Assembly: GCA_000146465.1 (NCBI GenBank)
Contig: CP001951.1
Length of the DNA stretch: 64,000 nucleotides
Direction: 5' to 3' (one strand)
The position numbers and the translations under genes were made by a program. This document shows, one piece after another, positions 58,280-64,000 of this stretch (position 1 is its first letter; each line of letters starts with the position of its first letter). The notes beneath the pieces were generated by a model. That model worked only from the letters and a program-made list of their open reading frames with translations, had not been told where the DNA came from and searched no databases.

Positions 58280-60085
58280 ATGATTCTAGATGAGATTGTG
58301 AAGGAAGCGGCAGCGCTGCAGCTGAGGAAGGAAGACGAGAATACATGGTCTCGGGTGAACGATGTACTCATGAGGCTTTCCGGGGCAGTTGTGGGGCCGG
58401 AAGATGTGCGAAGAGTGTTAGAGAGTGTTTCCGACCTGATTGTAAGGTCGATGCAGAGTGACAGATCGAGGCTTGCAGGAACAGCCCTTGGATTTCTCAA
58501 GAACTGCATTTGCATCTTGGGAAATGAGTTTGGGATGGCAGGGCAATATCTAGTGCCTCTAGCGAAAGTATGTGGAAAGAGCAGTAAGGTGTTTTATTCA
58601 AGGGGAGAGGAAGTGCTTGTAGAACTTTGTAAGAGAGTGAATATTAAGGGACATGCAAGGTTTTTTAGCGAATACTGTGGAAGTGCCAATAAGAATGTTA
58701 GGCTTGCTATTTTCCGGGGGATTGAAGCATGGGGGAGTGAGTCTGGAAAGATAGAAGGATTGGAGAATCTTGTTATAAAGGGAAGAGAAGATGCATTTTC
58801 GGAAGTTCGAGAGGTGTGCAAAAGAATGATGGAGAAGTTCAGTATTGGGGAGAGAAAGGAAGGATGCTTTAGAAGACAGCGTTTGGAAGAGAGTCTTGAG
58901 AGTGGGGTAAAGAAAGGGCCTGTTAGAATGGCCAGGATGCCGGTGCGAGGGGGATATGGAGGAATGGAAGGAATCGGGGCAAGAGAGATGGAAAAGAAAG
59001 AGCTTGCACCCAAGTTTTCTCCGGCTAGAAAGCAAACAAAAACAGGAGATAAAGACTATGACAAGATAAGGGAGCTTTCAAGACAGGTCAAGGACATAGC
59101 CGAAGACATAAGGCCGAATGTGGGGGCTGAGAAGAGCTCAAGCGGTAGAATAAGAACCAAGATAAAAGAGATGTTCTCCAGAGGAAGTGATAAGGCAGGG
59201 ACTGTGTATCCAGAAAGTAAGGTTGAGATACCAAAGGAGGTGATGAACCATGAGGATCTAACTCCAGTGAGGTTGGACAAGTATCTCAGTAGATATCGTG
59301 AAGAGTATGGAAGGCTTATTCCCAAGAATATAACTGGAGTTAGCAATGGATTTGAAGTTGAGGATACCGAGCTAGGGGAAGAATTTCTAGAAGCCAAAGA
59401 AGTCTCTGATGAAGACAAGGCGAGGATTGGAGAAACAAAGGAAGAAGATAAGCTTAATGGGTCTTGCGAAGAGAAGAAGGAAAGGATTGTTGTTGGGAAT
59501 GAAAGCTTTGATGAGGAGATGGGACATGATTTAGAGGGAGGAGATGAAGTGTGTGCAGAGCTTGAGATCGGAGAACTTTCGAAGAGCTTAGCGAACATCT
59601 CGATCAATGAAGGAGATGTGGAGGATAAACCACATTCCGATGGAGATGGGATGTTGTCGGAGGCTTCTGGAAATCCCTACGAGAATCTTGTTGAAGGACA
59701 AGAGATGGAAAGCTCTCTTAAAGAGTACACCATAATGGATTCTGGGAAGCTAGAAGAACACAAGGAAAATAACAGGGATGAATCCCGGCTTTGTAGAGGA
59801 TCTGGGGCCTCGATCGGAGAGTCAACAATTTCGATTGACTCGGAGGTTGAGAACCAAAGAAAGGAGAGAAAGAAGGGATGTAGGAATGCTCTTGAGATGA
59901 TGAAGGGAAATCGATTTGCAGGGTTTCTTGAGTTGAGTGAAAGCAGCGAGGAAGAGACTGTATTTTCTAGAAGGCAGGGGGAAAGGAAGGAAGGAGTGGA
60001 GAAGCAAGATGCAGACAACACAGGCGACTTTACGGCGATGGACTCCCTTGTGGAGGTTAGAAGAGGGGTTTTTAGAAAGAAGTAA
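58280..60085 (+). CDS. Hypothetical protein with a HEAT/ARM-like N-terminal domain and an acidic Glu-rich C-terminal half
   Basis: A 601-aa ORF. The N-terminal 190 aa look like helical repeats, and the C-terminus is highly acidic and low-complexity. Confidence 0.4.
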   Translation: MILDEIVKEAAALQLRKEDENTWSRVNDVLMRLSGAVVGPEDVRRVLESVSDLIVRSMQSDRSRLAGTALGFLKNCICILGNEFGMAGQYLVPLAKVCGKSSKVFYSRGEEVLVELCKRVNIKGHARFFSEYCGSANKNVRLAIFRGIEAWGSESGKIEGLENLVIKGREDAFSEVREVCKRMMEKFSIGERKEGCFRRQRLEESLESGVKKGPVRMARMPVRGGYGGMEGIGAREMEKKELAPKFSPARKQTKTGDKDYDKIRELSRQVKDIAEDIRPNVGAEKSSSGRIRTKIKEMFSRGSDKAGTVYPESKVEIPKEVMNHEDLTPVRLDKYLSRYREEYGRLIPKNITGVSNGFEVEDTELGEEFLEAKEVSDEDKARIGETKEEDKLNGSCEEKKERIVVGNESFDEEMGHDLEGGDEVCAELEIGELSKSLANISINEGDVEDKPHSDGDGMLSEASGNPYENLVEGQEMESSLKEYTIMDSGKLEEHKENNRDESRLCRGSGASIGESTISIDSEVENQRKERKKGCRNALEMMKGNRFAGFLELSESSEEETVFSRRQGERKEGVEKQDADNTGDFTAMDSLVEVRRGVFRKK

Positions 60086-60204
60086 GAGCCTAAGGGCGAA
60101 GAAATAAAGTCTTTAAGTTAGCCAGGTTTTTGTGTTTTATGTGTGGGACGTAGAAAAAGAAGACATACTTTGAAGGTTTGTTTAAATTGTCCTGAGGAAG
60201 AACT

Positions 60205-60394
60205 AGTGGTTAGATGGCAAGTCGACCGCTCTGGGCAGTAAGCGCGGGTCTAGAGATCTCCTTGTGGGTAGTTGGGGAGTCTGTAGGGACTCTGCACCTA
60301 CCATTAAAGCGGAGGGGAACGCATGAGGGCGGAAACGCAGCAATGAGTACCTCCTGCAAGGCAGAGTCTCCAGCCTTCCGCGCCAGTCCTTTTT
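60205..60394 (+). ncRNA. Candidate signal recognition particle RNA (reduced, S-domain-like), probably a Pol III transcript
   Basis: It lies in a 375-bp GC-rich gap between genes that has no ORF. catGAGGGCGGAAACGCAGCAatgagtaCCTC (60321..~60355) closely parallels the SRP RNA helix 8 apex (human GAGGUCGGAAACGGAGCAGG: a GNRA tetraloop followed by AC-G.AGCA). Flanking complementarity gggactctg/cagagtctcc and gcggagggg/ccttccgc is consistent with a long helix-5-like stem. A T5 run at 60390..60394 serves as a terminator, and a TTTAAAT box sits about 25 nt upstream of the proposed 5' end. The ends are approximate. Confidence 0.4.
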
Positions 60395-60460
60395 GTGGAG
60401 TATGGCTTTTGCTTTTGAAGAAGGGATGGGGATATTGCTAAAAAAAACAAAGATCCCTAC

Positions 60461-61894
60461 ATGCTTGAGAACATAAGGATAGAGCCGAAGATGAGCTACA
60501 GGAAGATAGTGGGGGTCAATGGGCCTCTTGTGATAATGGACAACATCGGGTTTCTAAAGTATGCAGAGATAGTCAGTCTGACGCTTCCTGATGGAAGTGT
60601 TAGGCAGGGACAGGTTCTGGAGGTGTGTGGAAAGAAGGCTGTGGTCCAGGTGTTTGAGGGGACGTCTGGAATAGACATCAAGGAGACACAGGTTACATTT
60701 ACAGGAGAAACATTGAAGATGGGGATTTCGGAAGACGTGCTGGGAAGGATATTCAACGGGAGCGGAAAGGTCATTGACGGAGGCCCGAACATCATTGCCG
60801 AAGACTACTTCGACATCCAGGGACAGCCCTTGAATCCATACTCCAGGATATATCCCGAGGAGATGATCCAGACTGGAATATCATCGATTGATGTGATGAA
60901 CTCGATTGCCAGGGGACAGAAGATTCCTATATTCAGTGCATCGGGGCTTCCCCACAACGAAATAGCTGCACAGATATGCAGGCAGGCAGGGCTTGTGAAG
61001 AGAAAGGACTCGATAGATAGTAGTGACGACAACTTTGCAATAGTTTTTGCAGCAATGGGGGTGAATGTAGAGACTGCAAATTTCTTCCGGAACAGCTTCG
61101 AAGCATCTGGATCGATTGGGAGGACAGCATTGTTCCTGAATCTGGCCAACGACCCCACCATCGAAAGGATCATCACGCCACGACTGGCGTTGACGGCAGC
61201 AGAATATCTTGCATATGAGAAAGAGAAGCATGTTCTTGTGATCATGACAGACATGAGTTCGTATGCAGATGCGTTGCGTGAGGTTAGTGCTGCAAGGGAA
61301 GAGGTTCCAGGAAGAAGAGGATATCCAGGATACATGTATACAGACCTTAGCACGATATACGAGAGAGCAGGGAGGCTGGAGGGAAGAAACGGATCTATCA
61401 CCCAGATCCCGATTCTAACAATGCCAAATGACGACATAACGCATCCGATTCCAGATCTCACGGGATACATCACCGAAGGACAGATTTACGTTGACAGGCA
61501 GATGCACAACAGACAGATCTATCCACCCATAAATGTGCTTCCATCATTGTCTAGGCTGATGAAAAGCGCAATTGGGGAAGGGATGACGAGAAAGGACCAT
61601 GGAGATGTGTCGAACCAACTTTATGCAAAGTATGCAATAGGCAAGGATGCCCAGGCCATGAAAGCTGTTGTGGGTGAGGATTCTCTTTCTTTGGAGGACA
61701 AGATCTCGATAGAGTTTTTGGAAAGGTTTGAGAAGGAGTTTATAAGCCAGAGACATAACGAGCTTAGGACAGTGAACCAGTCCCTGGACATTGCATGGGA
61801 TCTCCTTCGAACGTTTCCACGAGAAATGCTTAATAGAATCCCATCGGACATATTGGATGAGTTCCATTCTGTGGCGCCCTCGAGATCGGAGTAG
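60461..61894 (+). CDS. VMA2: V-type proton ATPase subunit B
   Basis: [26 protein letters not shown], the degenerate P-loop region, [22 protein letters not shown] and the [34 protein letters not shown] signature of V-ATPase B. Confidence 0.9.
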   Translation: MLENIRIEPKMSYRKIVGVNGPLVIMDNIGFLKYAEIVSLTLPDGSVRQGQVLEVCGKKAVVQVFEGTSGIDIKETQVTFTGETLKMGISEDVLGRIFNGSGKVIDGGPNIIAEDYFDIQGQPLNPYSRIYPEEMIQTGISSIDVMNSIARGQKIPIFSASGLPHNEIAAQICRQAGLVKRKDSIDSSDDNFAIVFAAMGVNVETANFFRNSFEASGSIGRTALFLNLANDPTIERIITPRLALTAAEYLAYEKEKHVLVIMTDMSSYADALREVSAAREEVPGRRGYPGYMYTDLSTIYERAGRLEGRNGSITQIPILTMPNDDITHPIPDLTGYITEGQIYVDRQMHNRQIYPPINVLPSLSRLMKSAIGEGMTRKDHGDVSNQLYAKYAIGKDAQAMKAVVGEDSLSLEDKISIEFLERFEKEFISQRHNELRTVNQSLDIAWDLLRTFPREMLNRIPSDILDEFHSVAPSRSE

Positions 61895-61963
61895 ATCCAC
61901 GTTCTTGTTTCCGGGGATGGATAACTCGGAAGAGGGGAAAAAGGCGATTTCCAGCAAACCCCG

Positions 61964-62128
61964 ATGAACGGAATGGGCACAGACCAGAAAGTCTTTACAT
62001 ATGTATGCATACAGTGTCCCTCGCTGAGGGAGCTGAAACTGAAGGATCCCATCAGATGCACGGAATGCGGCAACAGGGTTCTCCGCAAGAAGAGGACAGA
62101 CAATGTGGTGCAGCTGGATGCCGTCTAG
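61964..62128 (+). CDS. RPB12: RNA polymerase I/II/III common subunit RPABC4 (Rpb12, ABC10-alpha), 54 aa; it falls below the ORF-track size cutoff
   Basis: ATG at 61964, stop TAG at 62126..62128. The product is MNGMGTDQKVFTYVCIQCPSLRELKLKDPIRCTECGNRVLRKKRTDNVVQLDAV. The C-x2-C...C-x2-C zinc ribbon and LKPKDPIRC.ECG.R...KKRT are the Rpb12 pattern. It is preceded by ggaaaaagg...aaaCCCCg. Confidence 0.65.
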   Translation: MNGMGTDQKVFTYVCIQCPSLRELKLKDPIRCTECGNRVLRKKRTDNVVQLDAV

Positions 62129-62204
62129 TTTACTCAATAAATATGTTCTCTGTCAGTACGACTCTTATAATAGTCTTTATAAAAAAGTGTGTTGGAAACC
62201 CCAA

Positions 62205-62564
62205 ATGGAAGAGGGAAGGAAAAGAAAGGCAAAGGACCAATTGTCGCCATATTCCAATCCGGTTGAGGAGAGTGACCAGCATAGTGGTGTTGTAGAGCCT
62301 CTTCCATTGATTCACAAGAAGAGGGCCAAGGCAAGGGTTGGGGATTCATCAATGATTGCAAACTCCGAATCTCTGAAAGGGGTGCTGAGTTCTGTGAATA
62401 TCCTAAAGCCGAGGGGAGGAGGCAACGATAGAATAAGCGGTCTGAACAGATGCTTTGTCAATGCTGTGCAGAAGGTGGTTGAGAAGGAATCCAACAAGAG
62501 TCTTTTGTATTTATTTAGGCAATACGAGAAGTATTACAGGGAGTTGACGGAATCGAATGATTGA
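62205..62564 (+). CDS. Hypothetical small basic protein (about 119 aa)
   Basis: The track ORF 62103..62564 begins inside the Rpb12 gene. The ATG at 62205 (MEEGRKRKAKDQ...) is preceded by tataaaaaagtgtgttggaaaCCCCaa, so this is the likely start. No confident family. Confidence 0.4.
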   Translation: MEEGRKRKAKDQLSPYSNPVEESDQHSGVVEPLPLIHKKRAKARVGDSSMIANSESLKGVLSSVNILKPRGGGNDRISGLNRCFVNAVQKVVEKESNKSLLYLFRQYEKYYRELTESND

Positions 62565-62622
62565 ATTCCAAGTTGAATAAATGACGATATTATTTAAGAA
62601 GTTGTAAACAGATAGATTTTTG

Positions 62623-64000
62623 ATGAGAAATGTGTGTTTGGTGGTGATAGACGGATGGGGGCATTTGGAATCAAGGACGCAGGGGAATGCTGTGTCGGAG
62701 TCGGAGTGCCGTTGGATGAGGGCTTTAAGCTGGGGACGTTGCAGTCTTCTTCTGCATGCCCATGGTAGATATGTGGGGCTCCCTGACGGGTTAATGGGGA
62801 ATTCCGAGGTAGGGCATCTAACTATAGGGAGCGGGAGGATTATCGAGCAGGACATACTAAGGATAGATCGAGCCATTGAGGAGGGAAGGCTGAAGAAAAT
62901 AGTGGATGAAGTGCTCCAGGGAGGCCGAGGTAGAATACATGTGGTGGGGATGGTTAGCGACGGAGGAGTCCACTCACACATAAGACATCTGAAGGGGATT
63001 TTGGAGTCTCTGAAAGGACGTAACGAAGAAGTGTTTATCCATTGTATAAGTGATGGGAGAGATACAGAGCCACAGGTGTTTTTAAAGTATCTTGAAGAAA
63101 TTAAGAATTTCTGCCGGGATATTGGCACAGGAAAGATTGCTTCTGTGGCCGGGAGGTTTTACTCAATGGACAGAGCAAACAACGAGGAAAGAACAGAGCT
63201 TAGCTTCAAGACAATGACAAGTGGGAAGGAGATAGGAGAAGATGCCGAGGATTATGTCCTTGGAATGTACAAGGAAGGTCTGGGAGATGAGACCCTTAGG
63301 CCTTTTCTTGTTGATAAGGCCGGAAGGATAAGTAGAGAAGATACCATCATCTTCTTCAACTTCAGAGCAGACAGGATGAGACAAATTGCTTCTAGGTTTG
63401 CCAAGAACGGAAACAACATAGTGACAATGACCGAGTACAAGAAAAATCTTAAGTCCAAGGTTCTCTTCGGGAAGGTCTGTGCGAAGAACACCTTGGCAGA
63501 GGTTTTGTCAGACCGCGGAATAAGACATACACACATAGCAGAAAAGGAGAAGGAGGCACATGTGACATACTTCTTCAACGGGGGTAGGGAGCAGCCATTT
63601 CTCTGGCAAAAGACGATAATACTTCCCAGCCCAGACGTTGAATCTTTCGACACAGTACCATCAATGGCCTCGAAGGAAGTGACAGAGTATGTGATTGCAG
63701 AGATTAGAGACGGAGTACCGATGGTAATTGCCAACCTTGCACCCCCCGACATGGTAGGACATACAGGAAACCTTGAGGCAACAAAGATGGCTGTTGAGGC
63801 AGTGGATGGATGCATAGGGACAATATACAGAGCCTGCATAGAGAACAAATATACTCTAATCGTAACTGCAGACCATGGAAATGCCGAAAGAATGACGGAT
63901 GGAAGAGGAAACTGCTGCAAAACCCATACAACAAGTAAGGTTCCTCTAATAGTCTGTGGAGAAGAAGTGGGAGAATTCTCTTCCTCATGGGGATACACAG
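62623..64000 (+). CDS. 2,3-bisphosphoglycerate-independent phosphoglycerate mutase (iPGM), N-terminal ~459 aa; the gene runs off the right edge
   Basis: ATG at 62623. The translation has no stop to 64000: MRNVCLVVIDGWGHLE...GLMGNSEVGHLTIGSGRIIEQD...VVGMVSDGGVHSHIRHL...HCISDGRDTEP...SMDRANNEERTEL...HVTYFFNGGREQ...DMVGHTGNLEATK...LIVTADHGNAE. The catalytic-Ser region DGWG, the Mn sites and the ADHGN motif are the iPGM signature. The ORF track omits it because there is no stop in the window, and track ORFs 62511..63128(-) and 63252..63998(-) are its antisense shadow. Confidence 0.8.
   Translation, partial: MRNVCLVVIDGWGHLESRTQGNAVSESECRWMRALSWGRCSLLLHAHGRYVGLPDGLMGNSEVGHLTIGSGRIIEQDILRIDRAIEEGRLKKIVDEVLQGGRGRIHVVGMVSDGGVHSHIRHLKGILESLKGRNEEVFIHCISDGRDTEPQVFLKYLEEIKNFCRDIGTGKIASVAGRFYSMDRANNEERTELSFKTMTSGKEIGEDAEDYVLGMYKEGLGDETLRPFLVDKAGRISREDTIIFFNFRADRMRQIASRFAKNGNNIVTMTEYKKNLKSKVLFGKVCAKNTLAEVLSDRGIRHTHIAEKEKEAHVTYFFNGGREQPFLWQKTIILPSPDVESFDTVPSMASKEVTEYVIAEIRDGVPMVIANLAPPDMVGHTGNLEATKMAVEAVDGCIGTIYRACIENKYTLIVTADHGNAERMTDGRGNCCKTHTTSKVPLIVCGEEVGEFSSSWGYT

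Noticed and set aside
61544-63998. Minus-strand ORFs 61544..62137, 62511..63128 and 63252..63998
   Set aside because: They are antisense to V-ATPase B/Rpb12 and to the iPGM gene respectively, and the sense-strand products are unambiguous.

Overview
This window is a gene-dense eukaryotic chromosome segment with the hallmarks of a microsporidian, Encephalitozoon-like genome (inference). About 45 protein-coding genes sit on both strands with spacers of only 4–250 nt. An AAATTT-like box plus a CCC motif lies directly upstream of many start codons. The only spliceosomal introns are a few tiny ones next to the ATG. Gene content is typical of the lineage: MetAP2, mitosomal FAD-glycerol-3-phosphate dehydrogenase, fibrillarin, CCT, dynein heavy chain, Esa1, NIP7, DEAH and DEAD helicases, MSH6, TAF1, RFC, NDC80, Mak16, Luc7, CPSF73, acyl-CoA synthetase, RNR1, UBC4/5, Fap7, RPL27A, kinesin and V-ATPase B. 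There are no prokaryotic features: no operons, CRISPR arrays, tRNAs or obvious mobile elements. The points most worth a second look are: (1) a ~435-bp near-identical inverted duplication that puts the GC-rich 3' end of the acyl-CoA synthetase gene onto the 3' end of the divergently transcribed CPSF73 gene, making a chimeric C-terminus and flanking a 4.4-kb two-gene unit; (2) a new three-exon small membrane-protein gene with 28-nt and 23-nt introns, whose first intron and the RPL27A intron sit directly after the ATG, and all three introns share the consensus AAATG|GTAAGTG…YTAAT..AAG; (3) a ~190-nt intergenic locus whose helix-8-like motif, long-stem complementarity and T-run point to a reduced SRP RNA; (4) a +1 frame break at a C5/G5 homopolymer that splits the dynein heavy chain gene; (5) a candidate C/D-box snoRNA; (6) genes the ORF track missed, namely a 54-aa Rpb12/RPABC4 zinc-ribbon subunit and partial importin-beta and iPGM genes at the two window edges. 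Several track ORFs use non-ATG first codons, and I moved the starts to ATG only where I checked the sequence.
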